A stretch of 64,000 nucleotides of DNA from a virus (IMGVR_UViG_3300021963_000121:1667-65666), one strand, 5' to 3'; numbered from the stretch's first letter, positions 8,429-23,200 are shown. The notes: generated by a model from the sequence alone, not told the origin. Numbers and translations are program-made.

Positions 8429-10615
8429 TTAATCGTTAGTTGGTTTTCCACTACGTATAATGTAATTCAAAGTTATAAACGGATTCATTACGTTAAACGG
8501 TCTTCCAATCAACGAATCAGAATTTCCAGGAGTTCGTTTATCTTCAATATTAATTCTTACTAGACCACTAGACGACATTTTTTGAGCGCCGCCAATAACT
8601 GTGCCTGCTCTAGTTCTTTCATTTAATCGTCCAGCACCGCCAATTAATGTAAATGGAGAACTGTCTGTGGGCTGCGCAGACGACATATCGTTAATTACAT
8701 AAAACTGTGAACCACTTGGTGTGTTATCTGCTCGTCTACCAACCAAATCATGATCATGGTCAGGAATGTTATACTGCTCAATTACATATTGATCGTCACC
8801 ACCGGCTCCGCCTAATATAGCTGCTTGTCCGTCAGTAACTCTTGGTGGGACTACAAGACCGCCGCCAGCATCTGGGGCTGTTGAACCACCAGGAAATGGA
8901 ATTGTAATTTCGTTGTCCATATTCTGTTTGCCCAACACAAATCTTCCTCGTAGGTCGGGAATTCTAAAGGTTGCGCCTTTTGGAGATCCTAGTAATGGAG
9001 CACTACCGTTGTACGTACTTCCTAATACTGAGCCAAGTTCTCTATAACGATATAATTCAAATTCGCTTCCGTCACATAACAAATACCCTGTTGGAGCTGT
9101 TGTACCAGCATAAGGAAATATCGATCCAATTGGTACAGCAGCATCATCTAAAAATGTTTGTCGTGTTACTTTTCTTAAACCTGTATTATTTCTGTATACT
9201 AACAATTCGTCATTGGGCTGAATGGTACCAAGCGATGCTTTGTTAGAAATAATATCCGATGTTAATGTTGTAGTAAATGTCTTGTTAAGATTTCCAGTGC
9301 CGTTAAATGACACTACGTTACTAGAAACGTCACCTTCTAATTTAAAGTTAGTTGAGTTTGTTAATGATGTAGCTGAATTAGCAGTACCTGAAATGTTACC
9401 AGTCAATGTACCAGTAAAGGTATTAGCAACTAACTGATCAGCATATATTACTTTGTATCGATTACCTAGTTCACCAATAGTCTCCGAAGCTGTCAATGGT
9501 TTAATAGATTTAGTAAACAGACTTCCACTTAATACGCTTAGATCGCCGCCAACATTAAGATTTCTATTAACTGCCATACCGCCTTGGGTTACAAAACTAC
9601 CATTTAGTAAATTTGTAGAATTAGACTCGTCAATGATAGATGCTGTACCAGCAATTTTAACAGTGCCAATAATGTCAAGAGTAGCTGTTGGCGTAGAATT
9701 GTTAACCCCAATTTTATCTTCTATAACACGAATAACTGTTGTTGGAACACCAAAGCTGCCTGTTCTACTTGATTGGATATCAATAGATCCACCAGGTGTT
9801 GAATTATATAAAACTGCGTTGGCTGATTTTACTGCTAGGTTAAAATTTCCGTTTGTTCCTATAAACAAACCAGAATCATCTCTAACGTTAAATTGTGCTG
9901 AAATTGTTTCAATCTGATCTCGTCTTATAAACGATGTTGAAGGAATTTCTGCGGTGCCAATTGCCAACGCATCGGCAGATGTAGCTCTACCTATTAATTT
10001 TGGAATTACTGAGTCTTCCGAAATATCTGTTCTAGTAGTGATGTTAATACCAGTTTGAACACTTGTAAATCCTTGGATAACGACCTTTGGAATAAATGTA
10101 TCTTTACTGATAATAACAACTGGAATATCTCTTGTATAAAAAATAATAACAGTTCTTGTTCTGTTATCGATGTCTAACAGACTTTCAACTAATGGCCCAG
10201 ATTTAGTACCTTCACTAAATTGCGGTCCAACCAATACCCATGTAGAACCGGACCAGAGATATAATTGTTGTGTGCTGTTGTTTACCCACAGATCTCCGAT
10301 ATTAGCCGCTTGTGGCTCAGTTGGTGAAGTAGAAATACCGCTTGTTGGTTTCCAATCAATACCGTCAAAAATCTTTAAACTATTTTCATTAGAATTGTAC
10401 CAAAGCTGTCCAATTACTGCTTTTGAACTTGGGGGAGCAACATCACTAGCAAAATTTTCTAATAGACGTAAAAAGTTTTCAGCAATTATTTTGCCGTAGC
10501 CTGTGACATTTCTGCCAGGTATTGTAATTGAGGTGTCGACGTTAGAAGTATTATCTTGTACTTCTAACGGCTCTGGGTTTAAAGTTTGGTCTGTAAAAAA
10601 TACTTGATATGGCAT
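8429..10615 (-). CDS. Short tail fibre-like paralog 5 with tail collar domain
   Basis: Shared N-domain; VPIGSIFPYAGTTAPTGYLLCDGS...FRIPDLRGRFVLG collar motif; PDHDH; ends MNPFITLNYII. Confidence 0.85.
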   Translation of the reverse strand: MPYQVFFTDQTLNPEPLEVQDNTSNVDTSITIPGRNVTGYGKIIAENFLRLLENFASDVAPPSSKAVIGQLWYNSNENSLKIFDGIDWKPTSGISTSPTEPQAANIGDLWVNNSTQQLYLWSGSTWVLVGPQFSEGTKSGPLVESLLDIDNRTRTVIIFYTRDIPVVIISKDTFIPKVVIQGFTSVQTGINITTRTDISEDSVIPKLIGRATSADALAIGTAEIPSTSFIRRDQIETISAQFNVRDDSGLFIGTNGNFNLAVKSANAVLYNSTPGGSIDIQSSRTGSFGVPTTVIRVIEDKIGVNNSTPTATLDIIGTVKIAGTASIIDESNSTNLLNGSFVTQGGMAVNRNLNVGGDLSVLSGSLFTKSIKPLTASETIGELGNRYKVIYADQLVANTFTGTLTGNISGTANSATSLTNSTNFKLEGDVSSNVVSFNGTGNLNKTFTTTLTSDIISNKASLGTIQPNDELLVYRNNTGLRKVTRQTFLDDAAVPIGSIFPYAGTTAPTGYLLCDGSEFELYRYRELGSVLGSTYNGSAPLLGSPKGATFRIPDLRGRFVLGKQNMDNEITIPFPGGSTAPDAGGGLVVPPRVTDGQAAILGGAGGDDQYVIEQYNIPDHDHDLVGRRADNTPSGSQFYVINDMSSAQPTDSSPFTLIGGAGRLNERTRAGTVIGGAQKMSSSGLVRINIEDKRTPGNSDSLIGRPFNVMNPFITLNYIIRSGKPTND

Positions 10616-10617
10616 TT

Positions 10618-11277
10618 TTATACCTCAGTAAAGCCTGTTAGGCTTTGTATTCTAATAGTGTAATCAATCTGTATTAATCTATTCAAAGATTTTTGTACTG
10701 GATGAAACACCACGTGTGTTAACAACTTATCTGTAACCGCAGATTTAAGACCTAACTCGTCAAATACATAATCTCCGTTCATATCCACAGAATTGTCAAA
10801 TGCTTCTTGGCCGCTTGGCTCACCATAATCAAGTAAACAAGATACTACAATATCTGAGTATGTTGCTCCTGTTATATGTCTAACTTCCATTTTGTTTCTA
10901 ATAGTGTCAGTGTTAGTAGCTGAATTTTGATCAACTACTTTAGAATAAGTTTGATTGTACAAGCTAGAGTTTATACCGTTTGTATTTGGTGTTAGATAGG
11001 TAATAAGCCCTGTAGGATCTACTACTGTGCCGCCGTTGCCAAATACCATTTCTGATATCCACCCACTGCCCTGATTACTCAAACTTTGCGCCATTGCTAT
11101 ACTCATATTTTCATAGTGAATAGCATTGCGTTTGTCAATAAACACTTCTTTAGTTTCTGGATCAAAAATCTTAATATGACCTTCGATGTGAAAACCAGAA
11201 GTTTCATTGGGCTTCTGTGCTGACTGTAAATTTACTTTGTTATTTTCTGGCATAGTTTTGGGCTCTTCTTGTCTCAT
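10618..11277 (-). CDS. Baseplate/fibre-attachment structural protein
   Basis: 219-aa ORF between the giant wedge gene and the fibres. GHIKIFD...NAIH...VFDELGL...IDYTIRI resembles fibre-attachment N-domains. An alternative start at 11253 is possible. Confidence 0.55.
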   Translation of the reverse strand: MRQEEPKTMPENNKVNLQSAQKPNETSGFHIEGHIKIFDPETKEVFIDKRNAIHYENMSIAMAQSLSNQGSGWISEMVFGNGGTVVDPTGLITYLTPNTNGINSSLYNQTYSKVVDQNSATNTDTIRNKMEVRHITGATYSDIVVSCLLDYGEPSGQEAFDNSVDMNGDYVFDELGLKSAVTDKLLTHVVFHPVQKSLNRLIQIDYTIRIQSLTGFTEV

Positions 11278-11283
11278 ATGATG

Positions 11284-11290
11284 TATTTAT
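11284..11290 (-). promoter_or_regulatory. T4-type late promoter (ATAAATA)
   Basis: Motif on the minus strand 6 nt upstream of ATG 11277. Confidence 0.55.
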
Positions 11291-14200
11291 TATGGCAATT
11301 TTGTTGTTGCTTGTTGTAGGAACTTGACAATTGGTGTAGTACTTTGGCTCATTCCTGACCCGTTTGTAACGCTCTCAGCACCTAGATTGTACCAAGTATT
11401 GCCTGTTCTTTTAATTATCGTAACTCTTTGTCCAGCTGCTGGCACAGTGGTTAATCGCACATACTCTGTGGTACCATCTACGCTGAATTCTGCTTCTATA
11501 AGGATGTCGCCTTGCGGGCTGTCTGAGCCTACACTGCTGTCATAGACATACATTGGATCTTTGCGCAATCGGCGGCCAGCGACAAACACTTCAATTTCGT
11601 CGCAAGGGCCGTGATCTTCAGGAATAGTATAGAATATTCCTAATCCGCTTACTGACGCAGTATTGTTATTGCTGAGCGTAACCGTTGTTCCAGAAATAGC
11701 AGTAATTCTAGTATCTGCAGAAATTCCTGTTCCGTTGACATATTGTCCAACTGCTAAACTAGTATTCGACGACACAGTTATTGTGTTTTGATCCACTAGT
11801 CCAGAAATAACTTTGGTTATTTTTTCCCAAACTCTAGATGATTTTGACGGAACAAATGTCAACGGTCCTATTGTTTGAGCAGAGCCAATTGTAGAATCAT
11901 CTGGAGTACCGCTACTAATAAAATCTTCTTTTTCTTGAGATTCTTTGTATGGCAAATACTCAGTGTAACTTGAATCAATTATTGACGATCCAACAGGGTG
12001 TGTTGTTGCTATACTAGTACCATACAGGCCGCGTTTGATGTTTGTTAATACATTACCTTCTTTAGAAAAATACTGTATTTTTTCACCGTTAATAGAAATT
12101 ATACCAGGTTTGTCAAATGTAGGCGTCGGTAAAGATCCAGCGTCATTTAACGTTACTGTGTTATCAAAGTAATTAAGATCAGTAGTCAATACTATTTCGT
12201 TGATAGAATATCTATTAAAATGATGTTGATTTAACACATCTTTAAAAATTTCCCATGATACAGGAGGATTATAAACTGCGTTAGAGTAACTTAATACTTC
12301 AATAATATCTGTTTCTAAAGTTTCTTGTTTTATATAGACTGCGGTATTATTATTTGAAACATAATAATCAATGTCAGGTGTTAAACGAATGCCGTTTTTA
12401 TAAACTCTAACATATGATATTGATAATACAGGACGCTGAATAGGATAACTTACTTTTCCTCCAGTGTGTAGATCTTTTAATAACTCTGTTTGCGGATATT
12501 GATCAGGCCAAAATATTACTAAATCGTCCCCGTCACTTAATGTAACAGCTGGATCAATTATAATATTATTATTTTCAATTTTAAAGTTTACTGAAGAATA
12601 ATCTTCAATCACAACTATGTCACCATGAGTTATACCAGTAACTTCAGTGTTAATAATTACAATATTTGTATCACCATTAAATTCATAGTCAACCCCAAAT
12701 GTTTTTAAAGAACTATTAATGTAGACTTTGATTTCTGATCCAATAATAGATCCAAAGTCTCTAAACGGATCTAAACCAATTGGTATTGTTGGATCACCGG
12801 CATATACAACATACACTGTATCGACCGACGTTAATGTATTTCCATTTAGCTCAACTATTGACCCGCTAGTAGCAGATTGTTCAAATGTTACAAAAGAATT
12901 TATTGGGTATGTTCTTACAGCTGAATCTATTTCAAACGATTGTTGATTAAATCTAACCAAAGATCGACTAACTGCCGACAATGCTATAACAACAATTTTT
13001 CTGTTTAGCGCAGGCGGTGCTCCAAATTCTATCAATGTTTGATCGATTGAATTTACTCTACCGTTACTGTTTACCCAGCCAGCAGCAATTGGAATACCAT
13101 CAATGCTGGCAAATATCGATTGAGTTTCAGCAAACGCAGCACCAGTTAAGAAGTAACGAGTTTCGCCGTCGCCTAAGAATTCTTTAACATCTAATATTTC
13201 AATACCGCCAACGGATATTGAAAAGATTTCAATCACAGAATTAACAACAGGTGCTGATCCAATAAATCTTATTTGATTTGTCGATGATTCTACAATAAAA
13301 TCAGTGCCTAATGTTTTTAATATTTTGTCAACGTATACTGACACAGAAGCCTGTTCTATTATTGACTGGCCTATATCAAACAATGATGTAGTACCATTAG
13401 CAATATAAACACGAGATAGAACCGCAGGCGAACCTTCTCGATCAGTGTGGAATACTTTGATACTCACAGACTCTAGCACTTGTCCAGGAACATTTTCTTC
13501 AGGAGCAGGTACTTGGTCTGGGCTAATAAATCTGTCACCATCAATAACAATTTCTGCTGCTGTTGTTCCAAGCGCAGTAGAATACGCTGTCATTCCAGAT
13601 AAACTTCCGCCTGAAATATTAGCATCTAATAAATTACGTCCGCCAATTGTTAAACTACCGTCGCTGGTCGTCTTGCGGAAAATAAACACATCGTTATCTT
13701 CAACTAAAATTTCATCAGGTATTGTTACAATTGAAGTTGATCCGTCGCCAATAAAAGTAGGCATCTGATCAGGATCTAATCTTGTAGTTTTTCCTGTTGA
13801 TTTTTTACGTTGATAAATGTTTAACTCAACGCCATCTTTAGGTATTTCTGGTAAAGTAAATGTATGAGTGCTTCCGTCAGCAGCAATGTAAAAGTCAGAA
13901 TCTAATGTTTCAGAGCTGTCCCAACCTTCTGTAAACCATGGAAGAGCATCCCAACCTGCGCCAACATCAAATGTTGCCCCTTGAACAATAACGCCACCGT
14001 AATCAATACCTGTCATTAATTGTGAATAGTCATTTTTAATTTCTACAAGATTAGAATTTTCGTCAAATACTTCGGTCTTTTCAAATCCAAGCATACCTTG
14101 TTTAGGTTTATAATACTTGTCTAATCTATTAAGACTATCTAATATTTGATCATTCTTTTCATAAGAAACAATAACATCTCCACTAGCAGGTGCTGGTAGT

Positions 14201-17200
14201 GTTAATCTACCTCTTAACTGAGTGTAACCGTCTACTTCTCTTGTAAACAATGTAATTGTGTATTCGTTACCTAATAATTTATCGTTGCCAACAACTACTG
14301 AAATTTTTGACTTATCAGTTGTAGAAGGATATTTTAAATCATACGTCGATCTGCCGCTTACAAAAGTTTCTGATTCAATAAATTTTTCGTTTTTACTAAA
14401 TGATTTAAATTTACCTGTCTTAGAATAACGATCAAATTTAACCATTAAGTCAAAAGTTCTAGCTTTTGAATCGCCAATAAACGCCACAGCCGTAGCAGCA
14501 TTTTGAATATTGCTGCCTACTCCGCCAACTAGTTTAACTATTGGTCTTGTTGTGTATCCGTAACCGCCCGACACTAGCTGAATTGCTGTTACTTTTCCGT
14601 TTGAAATAAATGCCGTTGCTTTGGCTCCGGTGCCGCCACCGCCTTCAAATATTACCTGAGGAACAGTGGTATAATCAATTCCAGAGTTAACAATAGTAAT
14701 AGCTGTTACTGAATATTTGTAATTGTCAAACCAATTTTTCCAAGGATACTGATCTATTAATGCTGATCCGAGTGTCACTGGGTCAATAGTATTTGTATCA
14801 ACATTGTATACTGGAGGAAGATCAAAGTCTGATGTCACTAGTCCAGCATTATCTAAATTTAAATATTTGCTAGTGTATTTTCTAATTTTTGTTCTATACG
14901 GTTTAACCTCATTGATGTATTCTTGGAAACTTGATAAATTATCACTCTTATAATTAAGTTTCTTTGATACATAACCAACGTTATGAACAGCATTCATAAA
15001 ACTAGTTTTGAATGCCCAGTTCACATACAACTGTTCTGAAAACACATAATGTATATTAACAAAAAATAATTTGTTCCATTCAGAATTTAAATCGTTAACA
15101 AATATATCTTCTTTTACAGCTTTTAATATATTTCTAAATTCTAATGCTGACGATGTATCAAATTTATCACTGTCAAAACTTTGTGTTAGATCATAGCCGT
15201 AAGAATCAGTGTTCTTATTATAGAATCGATCAGATATTTTAATAGTTCCTAATTCACGACCAATAAGTCTATATTTGTCTAACAAAGTAGCATTGGTAGA
15301 CACACGTTCTAACACTGCCCACCCGCCTGCGCCATAATCTTCTAAACGCAATAGTTCTCCAACATTGAGTTCTACTTCTGGTTCAGCATATATTCCAGGT
15401 AAACTATATTTGATTCTAGACTTCTCGCCAAATCCTGTTTCCCACCAGTCAGCTTTACTCCAGAATCTAGTTGTGTCATAGGATTGTGTAGCAGATCTGT
15501 AAAACTCCAATGATCTATCATTGAAACTCCAAATACTCCAGAAGCCGTTAACTGTAGAATCAGATTCTACAAGAACTGAAAATGGTCTTACCTGTAATGT
15601 TGCTGTTGAATATTTTTTACCTGATTTTACAACAGTAACCGAAGTCACTCTACCAAAGGTATCAATGACTGCTAGTAGCTCAGCACCTGTGCCAGTACCT
15701 AAAATTTTAATTGGCGGCGCTACTTTATATCCATAGCCTGATTCAATTACATCAACAGTATTAATATGTCCGTTAATTATGTTAGCTTTCAACACCGCTG
15801 TTTTAGTTTTAAATGTGTTAATTAATAAAATTTCTTCGTATGTTGCGTAGGTCGCATCATACATATTTTTAACTTTAGCAGGCGCCGGATCTATCATGTT
15901 AAGAGTATCATAACTTATAGTATCAGCAAGAGGATATTTAGATAATACACTGTTTATGTAATCTATTGATATTTCAACAGCTTTGTTTCTGTCAACAAAC
16001 ATTGTTTGTCTAGGTCTAGACAATATTCCGTATCTTGACTTGTCTGTTAATTTTCTATCAGGTACTTCATTACCTAATATATCTTCACCAACTAAACTAT
16101 CAATCCATTTTTTCTCTAATTCGCTGTTAGGCAAATCTGTAGTGCCTTCTGCTAACAATTGATATTCGTTATGAATTAAATTTTGATTTTTGTCATTATT
16201 ATAAAACTGTATGTTCATTAAAAATCTATCAGACTCAATAACATACGGAGCATTGTATAATGCTATTTTATTTTCATCTAATAACGCAGCAAAGGGCAAG
16301 CCTGAAGCCAACGGAGATCTTATAAAATTAGCAATTGAAGATGCTGGATTTGTTTTATTACTGTTAATTGGTAAATTAGTTTTGTCTTTAACCCAATAGT
16401 AATAATGAGTTTTGTTTACTTTGCCTGTTATGGAATCTACAAATTCTTTTTTAGAATAATAACGGTCGTCAGCATGTAAAGGTGTGCCACTGATTCCATC
16501 AGCAGTACCTTGAGCAGTTCCCGAAAGAGCAGCCCATCTTGACGGCAATATTGTTGTTTCAATCCATTCATAAACATCTATAGAACTGCCAAATGCTAAT
16601 CTAGACCAATTGCCTAGTCTAAAAGAAGTATCTCCTTGTTCATAAAATACCCATTTAGCAGTTGATGTATTCCACCATATTGTGCCAACTTTATTTTCTG
16701 TCCATGCTTGTTTTTCATCTGTGTTAGATTCGTCAGCACCTACAGAATATATCGATGGATCATAAGATGTTTTGTAATCGATATCTTGATCAACAATTGA
16801 TAATATTTTTTCTTTAAAAGGATCAATTACATCAATGTCTGCTATCTTAACATTAGTGTCACCGTTGTAAAACGATAGATTTTTAATCTTACTAATATCA
16901 ACGCCATTTGTTTGTCTACGAATAGCAGTCCAAGATTCAATTCCCTCTTGCTTAGTAAATTTTTGGATACGACCAATTCGTATTTGATCAAACGCTGGAT
17001 CGTCTGAAAGATACGATGGAGATCCAATAATTATAGAATTATTAGATGTTGATATTGAACGACCAAAATCTTCGTTGTTAGTTAGACCGTCTTCAAATAT
17101 TTCAGACAATATGTATTTGTTGAGATATTGAGTGTACACATACACTTTACCAGTTTTACCAATTGGATCTTTAAATGTAGTAACAAATCTATCAAAAGCA

Positions 17201-20200
17201 GTTTCGCCGGCATCAAATGTCGTAGATTTAAATGTTTCTCCGCCTTCGGCACCTATTGCTAATGTAGAGCTGTTTGGCGAGATAGAAATATTTGAGCCAA
17301 ATTTTTCATCTGCGTCAATTACTACACTTTGTATTTTTTGATCAAATTCAAATACATTATTGTTTAATCTAAACACATACACAGCACCTTGATCGGCGCC
17401 AGACATATCAACATTTGGTGCTGATACAAACAATGTTAACCCGTCAACAGTTAATAAAACTTTATGTCCAAACTGGTCTCCAGATTCAGTATTTGATAAC
17501 TCTGTAACAGTATTTGAATCTAGCGTTTGTATTAAATGATAAACATCATTTTCGTCTTTGGAATATATAAACACAGATCCTGTTCTCGAAACGTCTACAT
17601 TAGTTTCAAGATCCCAAATTAATGGTGTTACTTCAGGTATATTGTTTATAGAATCTGTCAAACAAGTATAGTATGAATTGTTTCTTTTAACAGTATCACC
17701 TTCGTAATAGTTTTGATAAGATTTCCATACACCTTTATAAGAATCAAACTCTGATGAATCTGCCAACGGAGCACTTACAACCAATATCGTGCCTTCCTGA
17801 TTCATGTCAATACTTGAAGCAAATCGATCGCCAATATTTAAAAATTCGACCGGCCCTTCAAAGATTCCAGATTCTATTGTGGATCCGTCATCTACAAACG
17901 CAGACGACTTAGGTAGTATACCTGTATTAATAGCAACAATTTGTTCCCAGGCCGGTGCGGCAGGAACTGTTGAACCATCAGCAACATGGTTTACAACTGC
18001 TTTCCAATAAGAAGTATCATGCCACACGGTTGCGCCAGCAGTGTAATTTTCACTTAGACTAAACACGCCAAGGAAGCTGCTGTCTTCTAGATGTTTCCAA
18101 GAAAACCCTTCATAGGTATAAAGATATGCTCGTCCTTGATCGTCTCTAGATCCAGGAGCTCCTACTATCATGTAGTATGCTTCTTTAACACCACCAAGAG
18201 AAGTTCCAAGAATTTTAATTTGGTCGCCAACTGTGTATCGTGTACCTTTAACATTTACTACGGCTGAGTAGTTTCCGCTAGTTCTAATAATGTTAAAAAT
18301 TGCTCCGGAGCCCGGATCGCTGACATCTTCACCTGTTAGGTCGTTGTAGGTAGTTTCACCAATTGCTGCTTGGCCGTCCCAGACAATACCTGTTGATGCT
18401 GTTCCAGTGATCGCAAAATTAAGTATAGCGTCAAACTCATCAACTTGATTAACTTTAATTGTAATATCGTTGGCTGGTGTAGTTCCGCCTATTTGGTCTC
18501 CAGATATGTATATGGTCGAACCCGCAACATATTTTTTTAATGTCCCTTGTGAATTTTTTTCTTGCCACGGCACTGCTACCGTTGGATAAATTCCTCCAGA
18601 TACTTGTTCCCAATACTCAGTATTAGTTGGGAATATTGTAGTAGCCAATTCATAGTATGCTAGATTAGGTGGTTCAACTCCGGACACTTTTTTAATTGCT
18701 GCGCCGACATCTTCGTCAAAGACTTCAGGAATATTTGAAAGTACTTTGTAGTATGTACTAGATGCCAAGGGATACTTAACAATGTCGCCTGGATAGTAAG
18801 TTCTACCCGCTTCCCAAACTCCTCTGTCGATCCCAGTGTCTTTAATACAAGCATAAATTCTTGAAGAAAAACGAACAACACTTCTAGGTATGTAACCAAG
18901 ACCAGCGTTTGTTGCTGTTACTGAGTAGACACTTCTAACTTTGCTAACAGTGAAAACTGCTGCCACAGTTGGTATTAGAGAATTAATTCCAGAAATATTA
19001 GTATAAGTTTCTGAACCAATAATTTCGCCAGTGAGCGACACTGCTGTCACTGTTATTATTAAATCGTTAAACGGTGTTGTTCCGCCAATTCTACTTCCAA
19101 TAATTTTTAATCTATCGCCAACAACATAACGTATACCGCCCGAACGCACAGTCACAGTATAATTGCCGCCAAATCTACTCACGTCAAATGTAGCATTTTC
19201 GCCAGCGGTACTTACGTCAACGCCACTGATGTTACTGAACACCGAGTCAGCAAGACCACTAATACCTGCTACTGATACTTCGCTTATTCCTCCTTCGGTG
19301 TCGATACTGTTTACAGTTAATACAATATCGCCGCTGGTGCCTTCAATCCCTTGTCGTTTTCCAATAGCCACAGACGAACCAAATTGTTCTCCATGTGCTG
19401 GACGAGGACTAATCAGTGTATCTCTAAATACGTATTGACCTTGATCGTATTCATAAATTTCTATTGCTCCTTGACGTCTATACCCTTGATTGATATCAAA
19501 AATATTTTTACCTAACGGATTCGCCTTGTGTGTTGTAGCAGGAGCCCAATCTGTTGGATCAAAATCTGCTGTGCTTCCGTCACTGTAAACTGGGCGTGTT
19601 GCTGTCCAAAGTTTACCAGAATACAATACCGTATCGCCTTCATTGTAATTGGCTGTTTGACTGTATGTTTCTCTATAGTTAGAAGGAACATTTGATACAT
19701 TAGGCGATGCTACAATTAACCAGCGACCGTCTTTGCTGGTTTTTAATACATCACCATATGAGCCTAAGAAAGTATCTTCTAATCCACTTTGTGGATTTAA
19801 TATCTGTAAAGGTACTAGCCCATCAATGCCTTGAGCATATACAATCACTGCTGCTTCTCTTGAAGCGTCACCGACCGCAACTGTTCGTCCTGGGTTTGAA
19901 ACAATCGTTTGATTTCTTGTTTCGAGATATTCTACAGCTGAACCAGTTCCTGTTGGAAATGAAACACCATATTCAGAAATTTCAGTTACTGAGTATTGTT
20001 TTCTTCTTTCAATAACATTCCAATTATTATTGTCGTCAGCATCCAACCATAGTTTTGTGCCCAACGGTAACGCAGAATACTCATCGCTGATTAGAGGATT
20101 TGAGTTTGGTATTCTTGCTGGAATAAAGTAAGATACATTACAGAATGAACTTTGATCAATTTCAGGTTCTTCTTTAAATCCGTTAATAGCTACAATTATT

Positions 20201-23200
20201 TTTGTTGGCCCAACTGCTTTGATTAGATAAAATCCAGTAAGATTTTTTATGTTAGTCAACCCTACAATAGTGCCCACCGCTAATCCGTGAACTCTGTTTG
20301 TTTCTAACACAACTGTTGTCGGATCAACAACCGCAACTGCCAACACTAAAATATTGCTAATTCTATAACGCAGTACGTTCCAGCCAGTGTCTGTAAATGT
20401 TACCCAGATTGTTTGGCCGTTTTTATATTTTGTAATGTCTTGCTGATAGATGTCAGTAATATTTTTAACAACATAATCTACATCATCTTCAAACACATAA
20501 CCCGCTGTCCAGTTTCCTACACTATATTGAGATGTAGGAAATTTAAAATCTTGATTTCCTACTTTGTAATCATTAGCATTTAATAAGATATAATTTTGAT
20601 ACTCAGACTTTGAAACTCGTCTGTCATCTAATAAAATAGGCTGAGGGTTTAATTTTAAACTATTTTGTTTTAAAGAAACTTCAATTTCTTTGTACTGATC
20701 AACACCACCAACGCTGCCTAATAAGAAAGCCCATTCTTCTTTGAGATCTACTGCGTCAGCATCTATTTTGCTAACTTTATCAAATACTTTAGTGATAGCA
20801 TTAATAGTGCCTTTTTCTCTGATAAATCCTTGGTACAGTTTAAACTGACTAACTTCATCTTCAGCAATATCTTGTAGATACGATCTTGTTTGGTATCCAA
20901 TTGAATGACGAGCCATTACTTTTTGTTCGCCGTTGATGCCTTGATAATCAACTTCAAAGAAGTCTTCAATCTGATTAATTTTATAATCAAAGTTTGTTAC
21001 TAGTCCAGTTTCAGGAGTTGAGTCTAATTTTTCCCAACCAGTTCTATTAAATTCATCTGTGCCTTTTTGGAACAACTTACTAACGTAATTAAATTGTTTA
21101 TACTGAACAATATCACCTAGTCGATAATCTGTAAATTTTTCCCAAGGCTTAATATTGGCAACGTCAAAGATAAATCCAGGGCTGGTATAATCGCCGTCCC
21201 AATCAGCAGTTCTAAACCCTAAAACCTTCATTCGTTCTTGACGGTAACCCGGGCCTTTGTCATAGATAACATCGTTAAAGATTGTTCTATCATTGAAAAC
21301 AACCACATGTTCTTTTAAAACAAAATTTATTTTAGCAAAATAAATGCCTACAGAGATATCGCTAGGAGCAATTAACAATTCGTTGTAGGTTCTATAAACA
21401 TCAACTGCGTCCGATCCTAATTTTCTTCCATCGTTGCCATAAATTGAATAATCATAAAAGTTATCTAATAGATTATCAGCAACACTACCAACTGAGGTAA
21501 TTTTTATTTTTAACGCAGCAGGGCTTAAAGATATAATTGCTCCAGGAGTCCAATTGTGTGTGGTCCAGAACATAAATTCTTTAGCTGAAGTTTCCCAGTC
21601 ATTTGAAACTAAAAGTTCATTGTTAAAATCGTCAAACACTAATCCTTGATCTTTAAGATATTCTTGATATCCTAATAAGAAATCGACTACAGATTGAATA
21701 GTTTCAAATACAGACCCGTAAGGCAAAGTCAGTACCTGCTGCTTATCAAACACAGTTCGACGTACTGCTGTTACTGCTCCCACTAACGGCAATGTTTGTA
21801 TTTCTATAAATTCTTTTAAATCAAAAGTTGCCGAACTTGTATGAGTCTGAACAGTTCTAAAAAACTTACCATTATATTTTATAATGGTGCCCTTGGCATA
21901 GAACTTTTCTGGAATCCAATCAAGATACGTTTCACTTACACCGCCAACTGAAATTACCGGATCATCAAATTTTGAAAAATATGTGTAATATTGGAAACTA
22001 GCATCTAATCTATCGTAACCAATAAGTTTATAACCTGTTGATATTTTTTCAATAACAACACCAGAATAAGTGACCACCGACGACGGCGAACTTACGTTAA
22101 AAAATATTTCGTAGTCTTCAGCTGGAACAAAAACTCCTGAAGTTTTTGACTGCGGACTCTTGCTGTCTAACAAATATTTTTGCTGAGCCTTGTCAACAAA
22201 TCCACCAATACGACTAGATAATTTAATATCAAAATTATCAAAAAAGTCATAGAAAGACGTTGTGCTGACTAAATTTGATCGAACATAATTTATAATATAA
22301 GAGAACAATCCTGTTGGAGAATTATTAATAGAATGTTTTATGTCATCAACAGTAATAAACTGCTGAGTATTAATAGAAACAATTTGATCTAATATATTTT
22401 GGCCGATTACGGATCTATCAAAGTTGTTAGAAACAAACTCCATAGATCTCAACAACGACGATGCTACCATCATAGCAAATGGATACGAACTGCTTTTTCT
22501 CCAAGCATACTCAACAGGAGCCATATCGCCAAATAAGAACGGTGACGGATCTTTACTGATTGTATAATCAATAATACAACCAGTTTGTATAGGATCTTTT
22601 AAATTTCCTTTTTCATTAACTGGTAAAATAGACAACAAATTAGGTCTGGCATAACGAGAATTAATTCCCTGAGTTGGGCCTTGTCGAATCATACCATCAC
22701 GCAGATCTTCCCACAACAATAGATTTCCGCTAGAGTAAGGAGCTGGGCCGTATTCTTCTTCCCACCATGTTGGTTTTTCGCTGAAGCCTAGCATTTCCCA
22801 TGGACATACATGAGGACGAGTTGTATCATAAAGATAGAAATATATTCCTCTCCAATGCCCTGGCATTTGTCTAGTTTTGTTTAAATCACTGGCTCTACTA
22901 TAGGTATAGGTAAAAGGATTGTCGTCACTGAAATAAAGATTAGTGTAAAGATCATTAGTAACTGTCGTAGACCAACGCAAAAAGTCAGCGATGATAATCG
23001 AATCAACTGTTGATTTATCAAAAACAGAATTTCCGTAGTAACCACCAAAGTTTTTGTCAATGTCAAAAATTCTAGGATTGTATTCTTGTTTAATATTATT
23101 GTAAACTCGTTTTTCAAATTCTAATAATACGTCATCTCTAAAATCATCAAAAGCAACAGTGATACTACCGTCATGACCTTGTATTACTTTTGTTGGTGTG

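Noticed and set aside
1-10615. Diversity-generating retroelement or invertase-driven fibre switching
   Set aside because: No reverse transcriptase, recombinase, near-identical template/variable repeat pair or flanking inverted repeats seen; the paralogs are highly diverged at DNA level.
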